From NCBI GenBank assembly GCA_013265495.1, contig MU059330.1:13649980-13713979 (forward strand): DNA of 64,000 bases, in the 5' to 3' direction. A model generated the notes under the pieces. The model was not told where the DNA came from. It ran no database searches and saw nothing but the letters and a program-made list of their open reading frames with translations. The number at the start of each line of letters is the position of its first letter. The stretch's first letter is position 1. Position numbers and translations under genes: made by a program. Of the stretch, positions 24,001-34,940 are shown piece after piece. Origin of the DNA: Vicugna vicugna (Eukaryota).

Positions 24001-24557
24001 ACTACAGAGGTCAAGGACAAAGCAGCACCTTGTACGACGTCCGTCTGCTGAGCGCCGTGTTTCTGGCTCTTCGTCCCCGTTCTCCCCACCCCCCTCTAGA
24101 CCGGCTGTAACGGGGGCGGCGGGTGAGACCTGGGAAGGCAGCGGTGCCCCCAGGCAAATCCCGGTCATGTGTCTGTGTTTGTGTCACGTGGCAGGTGATT
24201 ACAACTGAATGTCATATTTACCTTCACTGTGGCCGCCAAGGAGTCAAACCATGTATCTGTCGAAAACGGAAAATGTGAGTATTCATTTGACCTGCTCGGT
24301 GACCTAACCCGCAACCTAAGTAAGTGATCAGCAGAGCTAAAAGCTGTTCACAAATATTTGCTCCTTTTAGCTTCTGACTTTTCTGCACAGTTCAGTCGCA
24401 CCTTGGAAAACTTAGGCTCATAGAAACCAAAGCCCAGGGACTCCAAAGTTTCCGTCCCTTAAAAATACACAGTGTATCTTAACCGCATGCTCTTCCTCCA
24501 GAAACGCCGACGGGGCAGGATGCATGCCCCTCAGTCGGGGACCAGGCGTTTAAGCTG

Positions 24558-25070
24558 TGGTCCATCCAGGCAGTGGAATGTTATTCAGCTAAAAAGAAAT
24601 GACTTTCCAAGCCACAAAAAGACACGGAGGAATCTTAATGCATATGACTGAGGGAAGTAAGCCGATCTGAAAGGACCACCCCCTGTGCGGCAGTCTGGGA
24701 AAGGCGAAACTGTGGAGACATGAGGAGACCAGAGGTGGCCAGGGTTCGGGGGCGGGAGGGGTGAGCATGGGGAGCGCAGGGGACCTTTAGGGCCGTGACC
24801 CTGCTCTGTGTGACAGTACAGCGGTGGACACAGTATCACCCATTTGCCAAAGCCCGTGGAAGGCACAGCAGACAGTGGCGACCCCAGGGGAGCTTCGGTG
24901 AATGATAACGTGCTAACGTGGGTTCGTAACTGTGCAGCCGCCCTGCACCGCAGCAAGGCATCACCAACGGGGGAAGTCAGAGCGGGGACGAGGGCACCTG
25001 AGAACTTTCTGTACTTTCTGCTAAGGCTTTCTGTAAAATCCAAAACTGTTTTTAAAAATGGAGTCAATTT
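24558..25070 (+). mobile_element. L1MC1/2-type LINE-1 3' end
   Basis: Collinear with the L1MC1 3' UTR: 'cagtggaatgttattcagctaaaaagaaatga', 'ggagacatgaggagaccagaggtggccaggg' and 'actttctgtactttctgct...ctgtaaaatccaaaactgtttttaaaaat'. Confidence 0.85.
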
Positions 25071-26074
25071 TTTAATGCAGAATTGATCTGAATCTTAAAC
25101 TTTCCCTGAAAACTGGATGGCGTTCCCCCGACTTGAAGCACGCCATGGGGTCCCTGCGGCCACGGCCACCTCTTTTCCCGCCTCTGGGGTCTCTTCCACG
25201 AACTGGGGGCCCCCAGTGCTGCTGGGGAGTCGGACTAACTTCTGGAGCCTGCACCGCGACCTCTGCTCCCCCCGTGAGCAGGGGGGACGAGGACGGGGTC
25301 CCAGCTCTGCGCCACCTCACTGGTGAGGACAGCGTTGGCCCCGGCTGTCCCTTCAGGCGTTTTGCCTACTTTCTGCCCAGAGATGAATAAAGCTACCTGT
25401 CAAACATGCCCTCAACCTGTGGGCTTTCTACTAATTTAAAAGGTGAGGAAATACCACAATGGGATCTAGTTTGACTTCAGTTTCTCGTGGAATCTGTGCT
25501 AAAGGAAAAACGCAGGTACATTAAAACGCCACCCGCCAGCACAAACATTCCTTCAGTGAAGAAGCCCCGCACAGGACAGGAGAGAGGGGGTGCAGAGCCA
25601 GCTCATCGTCCCGCCCCCCGGCACCTGCTGCCCTGCCGCCCTCCCGGCACTGGGACGTCCCAGTACCAGTGGAAACACCCCGGCTGCCGGCCCGGCCCCC
25701 CCAGCATGTCTGCTGAAGTTCCCGCCCCGCCGTGGTTCCTGCTGTGGGCCTGTTCACTCTCCACTAGAGAGCCTCGTCTGCTTCACCTTCCTCCACGCTG
25801 AGCTGGGGCTGGAGCCCCCTCCCCTGTTCAGAGACACTGAGGCAGCCAGAGACACTCATGGACATCCCTCGTGAAAAGTACCATCCAGGGAGGGCTCCTC
25901 CCTCCCGGGCCTGAGGATGCTCTAACCAACAGGAGACACCGGGGGCCGTGGCAAGACCCTGGACCACCCTCTAGGCCAGTACCCGCAGGGGCCACTGTGA
26001 GCACGCAGTGCCGCTTACACCCAGCTGACCGAACAGCAAGACAGAGGCCACAAAAATAAACCACCACTGGAACC

Positions 26075-26985
26075 ACAGCCCACACAGCATGGCTGCTCGT
26101 TAAAACAGAACATTTGGTAGCGTTCAGTCTCTCCTAACAAAGCAGACAGAATGTCCGGTAGAAAACCACCATGACACCGAGAAGCAAAACAGCCGGCTGG
26201 AATGGGAAGAGACAACGGCTGGCGGCAGCCGAAGCAGCTCGGTGCTGGAGTTACCCGCCATGGGTGTCCAAGCAGCTGCCATGAAGGTTCTTCAACAACC
26301 AACTGCAAATGGCCTTAGAACAAGTGAAAGAAAATCACAGCAAAGAAACAGAAGTTATAAGAACAGCCAAGTGGAAACTATAGACCTGAGAGATCTAACC
26401 ACTGGAACCTGCCCGGACAGGCTCAGCAGGTGTGTGGCGCCGATGGGGACGTAGTCAGTAAACCTGAGGAAGATCAGTGGCGTTTACCCGACCTGAACAA
26501 CGGGAAGGAGGTAGACGGGGGCAAGAGGAGAGCCTCACGGACCAGCAGGATGGTAACCAAGGGTCCCGCAGCCCTGTCATGGGGATCTCCTCTCCGGGGA
26601 GAAAGCATGAGGCTAAAGTAGCGTTTGAAGAAATCACAACCGGAAATGCCCTAAATTTGGTGAACAACACAACCCTACACAAACAACACGACACGCAAAC
26701 TCCAAACTGGATAAATCAGAAACAAAAGCAGGCCAACATATCATAATTAAACTTCTGAACGTGGACCACCAGGAACACGCGCGTGAATGACAGCAGACTC
26801 TGCACCCTGAACCGCGGAGGCCGGAAGGAAGTGGCACGGCACTTAGCGGCTGTGCTTGAAGAACAGCTGAGCTGTGACGTCTCTAACCAGCGAAGCTGCG
26901 CTTCAGGAGTGACGGAGAAATAAAGACATTCTCAGAAGACAGAAAACGAGAAGAACTTGTCACTAGCAGATTTATAATTCCAAGG
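26075..26985 (+). mobile_element. Ancient L1 (L1MD/ME-type) ORF1-region fragment
   Basis: 'gcgtttgaagaaatcacaaccggaaatgccctaaatttggtgaacaacacaaccctaca', 'catatcataattaaacttctgaa' and 'gaaataaagacattctcaga' match L1 ORF1. Frames are broken. Confidence 0.75.
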
Positions 26986-26999
26986 TTTTATCTCTTAAA

Positions 27000-27600
27000 T
27001 TGTGATGGTATTTAAAAGCAGGATGTGTTTTTATTCATTATTCTGGGAAAGTTTACAGTTGCTTTTCCTCGAAGTAGAAGAAATGATATCTATGTTTCCT
27101 TCAAGAGCCTATCATCCTGTGAGCGTCTAACAACAACATTTAGGGCAAGCCAGTAAATGAGAGGAATCCGCAGTACGTGGCACAACTTCATCCTGCCTGC
27201 ATTTCTCGATACAGAATGAATTAAGGCAATCCAGCTGCTTATGGAAACAGCAAAACGACCATGTGTTATCTGGAGCATCTGAAAAGTGCCTGGAAATTCT
27301 TGGCGTTTTCCAGAAGGCTTCTCGCCAATGCAAATACATGTATTTTTTATAAGCGTGTTCAACACCATTCCAACATGTTTTATTATGATTAAAGGGACTT
27401 CAAATACGACAAAATCTCCCTCTAATCCAAAATGCAAATGCTCTCCTCTGGGGGAATAAAGCAATCTGCTGAAAACAAGACTCCAAATGAACGTCGATAA
27501 ATACTTCACTAAGTGTAAAAGAAACTGTTTTATCTTGAGTGAATCTTATAGAAGGTAAGTAAACTCAATATGTAAATTCCAGCTTCATACCGTGTATCTC
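27000..27600. promoter_or_regulatory. AT-rich unique island with two octamer (POU) sites
   Basis: ATGCAAAT at 27328-27335 and 27432-27439, a perfect splice donor AAG|GTAAGT (GT at 27555), and no repeat similarity recognised. Confidence 0.4.
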
Positions 27601-29349
27601 TAGGGCGGGGCGCTCAAAGAAAGACCCAACTGTGTGGAGGGGTGGCATTGCGTGGCCACGTGCTGAGACGTCCTGGGGCACCCAGGCATGGCCTGTCTCG
27701 CAGACTTGCTGGGAGGTGTCTGGGCTGTTTCCAGCTCCCCAGATAATGAGCTCTGGGCTGCGGGAGCCGTGTTCCTTCCCAATCCCCTCACCCTAAATTC
27801 CAGTGTCACAGAAGGGCTCCCCTGTATTCACTGCAGAGATTTCCAGGCAAGAAAACGCGTTGCAGTTCCCTGTGAACCGGGTGCCGGCACCTGGGCAGGG
27901 GCAGGGAGAAGGCGGGAAACCGGTCACCCCAGGGGCAGTCCGGGTGGGCCATGTTTTATGACTGATCCTTGAAATATTTATCATAAACAAGTGTGCCTTT
28001 GGCTTCTCCTGAAATCTCATTCCTAATTCCTGAACTGGCCAAACTGCGTCCGGAGCAGCACAAATGGACAGCTCGTGCTCCTTGAGTCACATGCTTTATG
28101 CCTGACTCTGCTGTAAATACTTGATAGCACATACTTTGGCGATTATCGGGAATGGAAAGTACAACCCAGATGCAGAGCTTTAACCATTTGTGATTTTTTC
28201 TGAAGAACCAGGAGATGTAGAAAAACAGTCGCCCGTCCCTGGGGGACCTTGCCATGTCTCAGCGTCCGACAGTAAAAGGTCACACAGACAAACGGGAGAA
28301 TCACCAGATTCTAAAGGGGATGAGCCTCTTTTTCATGAGATTTTCGGTCATTTAGATGAACATTGGCCACCGCACGCAGTAGGCTTTTATTTTCAGTCAG
28401 GAACGGAAAGTCTTCTGTGTGCATCTGGGAATCCTGAGCCCCCAGGGCACGGGCTGGGTCCTCTGTCCTGGGCTCGCCCACTTCAGTGGGAAACCAACAA
28501 AGAAGCAAACAAACAGGGAAGTGACCAGAAACATATGGATGGAGATTCATGACATGGCGTTGACAAGCCGCAGAATTTTCTCCCATGAAATTACAGGGAA
28601 AATATTTCAGAAATTGGCATGGGTTATCAGCATTCTGAAAGAACATTTCTGTTTTATCATGATAGCCACAGAGTCAGGCATGGAAATATGAAAAGCTTTT
28701 AGAGTTCCCTCTGCCCTCACCTCCTAGCGAGGGGCCTGCAGATTTTTTTCGTTTTCCTTCTCGGACGGGTGGCTAGAACTCTACGCGGGAGAGGTCAGCG
28801 GAAGGTAGAAGGTTGCTCTGCACAGGGCGGTGGAGGGTCGCCCCTGCTGGAAAACGAATCAGGGAGAGCTTCCAGAGGGAGGCAGCCGGGAGCCTGGGAC
28901 CCAGAGCAGAGAAGGGCGTCGGGATATGTTCTGTTGAGTCTCATGGGATAGAACTTTGGCCTCTGCCGCTACTTGAGGGAATTTCAACAATGTTCCGTTT
29001 CTGTTCAAGACCTGTCTTGTGTTTACGTGTGTTCTGGAGCACACGTGTGAGTGTGTAAGTGTGCGTGTGTGCGTCCGAGGATGCATCCTAGTCAAGTGGG
29101 CCCTTGGGAGGAGCATGGAGCCCCGGCTTACACTCAAGCCCCTGTCTTCACAGATCACGGTGGGGGGACAAGTGCTCTGGTGACGGCTTCACCTGAGTTG
29201 ATAGTTTCCTCATCACAGAGGCCACAGGAGGCGGTTGTTCACTCAGTATTTTTGAAATAAGTGTGCTGAGTCTCAAGGAGTGTAAGGAACTTTCCTTGAG
29301 TCGCAGACCAGCACGTGGAAGAGAAGGACCCTTGTCTTTCCTACTCCAA

Positions 29350-30214
29350 AATCTGTTTTCTTTTTTTATTCTTATTTTTATTAAAGTGTAGTTGGTTTGC
29401 AATGTTAGTGTCATGTGTACAACAAGGTGATTCATTATACGTATACATGTATGGTTTTTTCAGATTCTTTCCCATTACAGTTCCTTACAAGAAATTGAAT
29501 ATAGTTCCTTGGGCTACACAGTAGGTCTCTGTTGTTTATCTGTTTTATACACAGTCATGTGTATCTACTAACCCCAAACTCCCAGTCTATCCCTTCCACC
29601 TCTTCTCCTCTGGTAGCCACAGTCTGTTTTTTATGTCCATGAGTCTATTTCTGGTTTGTAAATAAAATTTGCACCTTTTTTTAGATTCCACATGTAAGTG
29701 ATATCATATGATATTTGTCTTTGTCTGACTTACTTCACTTAATATGATCATCTCTACATCCATCATGTTGCTGCAAATGGCATTATTTAATTCTTTTTTA
29801 TGGTTGATTCATGTTCCGTTGTATAAATACACCGCATTGTCTTTATCCAGTCATCTGTTGATGGACATCTAAGTTGTCTCCTTGTCTTGGCTACTGTAAA
29901 CAGTGCTTCTGTGAATATTGGGGTGCAGGTGACTTTTCAAATTATATNNNNNNNNNNNNNNNNNNNNNNNNNNNNNNNNNNNNNNNNNNNNNNNNNNNNN
30001 NNNNNNNNNNNNNNNNNNNNNNNNNNNNNNNNNNNNNNNNNNNNNNNNNNNNNNNNNNNNNNNNNNNNNNNNNNNNNNNNNNNNNNNNNNNNNNNNNNNN
30101 NNNNNNNNNNNNNNNNNNNNNAGACTTTTTAATGATGGCTGTTCTGACTGGTGTGAGGTGATACCTCATTGTAGTTTTGATTTGCATTTCGCTAATAATT
30201 AGTGATACTGAGCA
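29350..30214 (-). mobile_element. 5'-truncated L1, cetartiodactyl lineage (L1_Art-like) 3' end
   Basis: T-rich tail, then 'attaaagtgtagttggtttgcaatgttag...cagattctttcccattacag...tagattccacatgtaagtgatatcatatgatatttgtc', ending in ORF2 sequence 'tgtgaggtgatacctcattgtagttttgatttgcatt'. Confidence 0.9.
29948..30121. other. Sequence gap (174 N) inside the L1
   Basis: N-run read directly. Confidence 0.99.
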
Positions 30215-30989
30215 TGAAACCACCCTCCTACAACTATAGAGCTGAGAGCTTCTCCCAGGAAAACCTAGTTTGGGACTAAATTCCTGGGACCTGCTCTCCT
30301 GGAGAGCCTTCCCCAGTTCCCTGGGCTTGCTGGGGCCTGTAGCTTCTTCCCACTGCAACATTTTCCTGCTGCAAGTTGACCAGCCAAAAGCTGTGACAGG
30401 TCCTGGTGGGTGTTGGAATGTGTCCTGCCACCCGCTGCCCAGAAGGAGCTGGATGTGGGCCTGACTCCTCCGCGGGGTCACACACCAGAGGGTGCCTAGA
30501 AGGGAAGCTAAATCAAAGATTGCTGCAGTGTCAGGGAAAAGAAAGACTACAAACATGTCTTTATTTTTCCAATATTAGGAAAATCGAGGCTTTTTTGTAA
30601 TAAATGGGAAAAACTCTGATGCAGCCAATGGAATTGTTCCTGCCAACCCACGTCCTCCGTAGAGAAGCAAGGACAAAGGGACTTTTTTGTAATAAAGGAG
30701 ATGACGCTATCTCTAGGATGTGCCTGTAGACAGACTGGGGGCCTGACTGGTGGAGAGCAGAGTGCTCCGGGGGGATGGAGGGCCTCGCCCTCACCACTCA
30801 CATGGCCCCGCACCCCCTCCAGCCCCACAAAGGCACGGCTGGCAAACAGCCAGTTTCTGGAACACTCCCTCCCACTAGTGGAACATTTGTTATATAATTC
30901 ACGGGGTTGACCCTGAATTCAGATTCAATATCGCCTAACATTTTGTAAGAAATTGCTGCTCCCCAAGCATTGTGCTCATGGCCAGCTGT

Positions 30990-31125
30990 GCACTTAACCC
31001 TCACGAGGGCTCTGCAATCACGGACAACTGTTTATTGTCCAGCTGAGGAGAAAACACGTGCGTAGTCTCCGATCTGCCAGTAACATGGTGAGTCGGAACT
31101 CAAAGCCAGATCGACTGGCTCCTCG
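30990..31125 (-). mobile_element. MIR SINE fragment
   Basis: 'cacttaaccctcacga...ccagctgagg...tggtgagtcggaactcaaagccagatcgactggctcc' follows the reverse-strand MIR core. Confidence 0.5.
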
Positions 31126-31699
31126 ACTCCCCCTTGTAACTAACCCCAGGCGAGGCCTCCCTGGGTCAGATGTACATGTCACCTTGCTGTGGCTCAGGGG
31201 CTCACAGTGGGGACGGGGCAGCAGGTGCCGCTGGGTCCTCGACTGTCAGTGCTGGGCACCTGACCCAAGCACCCACGTCACCCACACGTCTCGGTTCTGG
31301 TGATCATTAACATTTCCTTCTTACTTACATACACACCTATCATAATTGCGTCCCCGAAAGACTTGAAAGAGTTTAAAGAAAACAAGAGAAAATAAAGCAA
31401 CATTAGAAACATAAGTAGAATATTGGTGTCAAAACCCACTGAACTGCCTTCCTGTGGGGCCACGGAGGGGGTCTCAGTGCCTTCACGGGACGGGCCTCCG
31501 GCCGCCTGCCCAGAAGCGGGATGCTCCCTCGGCGGACACACCACACACGGCTCTGGGGTGCCTCTCCAATCCCTTCGGGTGCTTTGCCCACAAAAGTCTG
31601 CCATTTTATTTGAAAGCTCTTCATTTTATAGAAAATTCAGATATTCTGCAGCTTAAATCTTGCCCCTTCACAGAAACGTGTATTGACCTGTGAGCGCTG

Positions 31700-32170
31700 C
31701 ATCACACAGGGCTCTCCAGAGGAAGAGAGGCCATGGGGGGCGGGTAACAGACAGATGATGGTGGATGGATGGATGGACAGACAGGTAAATAGACACACAG
31801 ACTGATGATGGACAGACAGATGGCAGACACTGAGGAGCCGGCTCATGTGGACATGGATGCAGGGAGCCCCAGGCTCTGTCCCCTGAAAACTGAAGCCCCA
31901 GGAAAGCCTGTCAGCTCTGTTCAAGTCACAGGCCTGAGACCAGGAGAGTGGAAAGTTCAAATTCGGGTCTGAGAGCAGAAGACGTGTCCCCGCTCAGCCG
32001 TCGGGCAGGAGCGCTGGCCTCTCCCTTCCTCTGCCTTCGCTCTGTCCAGGCCCTCGGCGGGTCAGTGAGCCCCACACTGCGAAGGGCAAGGCTGTCACTC
32101 CGCCCAGCCATTCAAATGCTACTCACACCCAGAAACACGCTCACAGGCCCACCCAGGATGATGTGACGTT
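31700..32170 (-). mobile_element. MLT2 (ERVL) LTR, MLT2B/C-like
   Basis: 'cagggctctccagagg', an internal (GGAT/GACA)n tract, 'ccccaggaaagcc', 'ggcctgagaccagg' and 'ccattcaaatgctactcacacccagaaacacgctcacaggcccacccag'. Confidence 0.85.
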
Positions 32171-33847
32171 GAGGCAGAAGGTCCACACCCTGGGCAGCGG
32201 AGTCTCTGGAAGAGGGGGGGTCCGCTAGGCAGTCCGCAGCTGCGGGCCCCCTGTGGGGGCTGACAGGATGCTGGAGCTCTGCCCAGTCCAGTCCCGCTCT
32301 TTCTGCAGGAGATTCGAATCCCTCCTTTCTGGGGAAGGAAAGTCGGAGCAGCAGGAGTCAACACCGAAGGGCGACGGGAAGAACTGCTCCATCAGCCCTG
32401 AGAGCGCCCAGCACAAGCACACCCAGCCCCGCAGACACTGCAGGTTCCCTCTCGCTGTCCCTGGGGGAAAGCCAGTGGGGCGGGAACGGGGGTGAGCGAC
32501 CACCGCCGTGGCCTGATCTACGCGTGGTTGTGAACCCTGTCCTGGGACAGACGCCCTTCCGCGCGTGGCAGGATGCTCAGCCGTCCTGATGCAGGGCAGC
32601 GCAAGCGTCCATTTGGAACCACCACTTTGGCTTCCATCCTGAAAGGCCACTCCTTCAATTATTTCGATGATCGGATTTTGGGAGGAGAGAAACCCAGTTC
32701 CAGGAGTTACTTACAGACTCACATCTGGCTTTGTTTAGCTCGTCCTGGTGTCTGTGGGAACTACCATTTCAACGTGTGTAAAATTTCATCAGCCGGTATC
32801 TCCGTGTAAATGAGGTTTGGCAAAAGGCTGATTTACCAGCCGGGAATTTTCTTCCCTCAGTGTGCCCTCGGTTTACTTCCCGAGATGCCCATGCTCCGTG
32901 CAGCTGTGTGCACACCCTTCAGGGCTGGGGCCGGACACGGCGAGCCAGCCGGTCTCCCAGAGTCCACCCCAGGCAGGCACAGGCCTCAGAGGCTATAGGT
33001 AGCCCAAGCCTGACTTGGGAGATTTGATTTTCGCAGAAAAGCACAGACAGGAAACAAGGTAAGTGTAGACCAAACACACGATTGTTCCCCAAACACCCCC
33101 GCGTAGTTGCTGGAACAGTCAGTCCCCGTGGGTGTGGGAGTGCCGCTGACAAGTCCCGCCCCCTCGGAGCAAGCAGCTGAGGACACCGGAGGGGGCTCGA
33201 GCTGCTGCCGGTGATCCACGGGCAGGCGCACGCACCCTTCTGATAGCTTTAGGAGTCTCAGGACAAAGCTGATTTACCACCAAATGTTGCATCGAGAGGA
33301 ATGCACTGTGCTTCCCAAAGTCCGTCACTAAGCCCCACTTCCTAGGGAGCAGCATTAACGTTGTCTCTCTTGGCCTGTAGCTGGCTTGAAGCTGTTGCGT
33401 GCGCCATGGGGGTGCGTGCGCCGAATTTAAAAATACTAAATCTTACACTGGAGAAATCACATCCTCAGAACGGGGGTGGGCAACTCCCCCATTTCTGTCC
33501 TTATTTCTTGCGGGAGACCCGGGGACCATAACTCCTCAGGCCTGCATGGAAGTCACCTGCCGCCATTGCTCTTCTGTGATGACATTTTCTGGGCTGACAT
33601 CATCAGGAAACATAATTCAATTTTTTTTAATTAGCCATTTATTACAGCATGGGCAAGACATACACATCTCCATGAATCACCCCCACCCCAATAATGAAAA
33701 CTAAAAATAAAATGAGTTTTCCCAGTGGGCAGGGTAATAGTTTAATTGTGTACAGTTATTCTTACATTAAAAGCTGCATACCTGGCAAGCTTTATCGAGT
33801 TACAGGGACTTTTAAATGTGCCAATGTTTCTACACAAGTAACGCAGG

Positions 33848-34489
33848 NNNNNNNNNNNNNNNNNNNNNNNNNNNNNNNNNNNNNNNNNNNNNNNNNNNNN
33901 NNNNNNNNNNNNNNNNNNNNNNNNNNNNNNNNNNNNNNNNNNNNNNNNNNNNNNNNNNNNNNNNNNNNNNNNNNNNNNNNNNNNNNNNNNNNNNNNNNNN
34001 NNNNNNNNNNNCATCCAGGGGGCATTATNNNNNNNNNNNNNNNNNNNNNNNNNNNNNNNNNNNNNNNNNNNNNNNNNNNNNNNNNNNNNNNNNNNNNNNN
34101 NNNNNNNNNNNNNNNNNNNNNNNNNNNNNNNNNNNNNNNNNNNNNNNNNNNNNNNNNNNNNNNNNNNNNNNCGGTGCAGGAGGAGGCGAAACAGGCCGAG
34201 GGAAGACCATTTCATTAAGCTGTAACCCTGGGAAGGGAGGGGCTCTNNNNNNNNNNNNNNNNNNNNNNNNNNNNNNNNNNNNNNNNNNNNNNNNNNNNNN
34301 NNNNNNNNNNNNNNNNNNNNNNNNNNNNNNNNNNNNNNNNNNNNNNNNNNNNNNNNNNNNNNNNNNNNNNNNNNNNNNNNNNNNNNNNNNNNNNNNNNNN
34401 NNNNNNNNNNNNNNNNNNNNNNNNNNNNNNNNNNNNNNNNNNNNNNNNNNNNNNNNNNNNNNNNNNNNNNNNNNNNNNNNNNNNNNNNN
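33848..34489. other. Three sequence gaps (33848-34011, 34029-34171, 34247-34489) separated by 17-bp and 75-bp islands
   Basis: N-runs read directly. Confidence 0.99.
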
Positions 34490-34559
34490 TGATGCGGGCA
34501 GGCGGGGAGGAGGGGCTGAGCCTTGAGTGATGGGGCGGCGGCCGGTGCCACCTCCCGGG

Positions 34560-34940
34560 AGCGCGCGCGTGCGGGCACGCGCGTGTTTAATCCTTCACAC
34601 AATAGGAGCAGGCGATCAATAGCAGCTTAAATTTTATGAGACAGCAGTTAAGTTGTTCTGCCCAAGCCAGAACACCTTTGTTCTCCCATAACGAGCAATC
34701 TCGGTGGTGGAATTAATATTGACAGCCTGGCTTCTTCGTGGCTAATTTGGAGGGCGCCCGGGCCAACTGGCGGGCGGGCCGTGGCGATCGAGCTGTTGTC
34801 GGGGTTCATTGCCAGAGGGCAGGTCGATGCCTGCCGCCGCCCGCAGGAGGCCGCCCCTGCCCTTGGCACCGGTCGGTCCTCGCCACTCTCTGACTTATTA
34901 AAGTAACTTATTTTGCAGAAGTAAGTGACGTGGTTGGCAG
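34560..34940. promoter_or_regulatory. Candidate conserved enhancer next to the gap
   Basis: ACAATAG and CCTTTGTT (SOX/TCF), TTTTATGA (posterior HOX/CDX), TAATATTGACAG (homeodomain plus MEIS) and GCTAATTTG, preceded by a CG-rich palindrome. Confidence 0.5.

Noticed and set aside
27090-27509. 139-aa minus-strand ORF in AT-rich DNA
   Set aside because: Slightly long for the composition, but there is no recognisable homology or splice/promoter support. Left uncalled pending BLASTp/PhyloCSF.
29874-34602. ORFs of 200-286 aa containing X-runs
   Set aside because: Artefacts of reading through N gaps.
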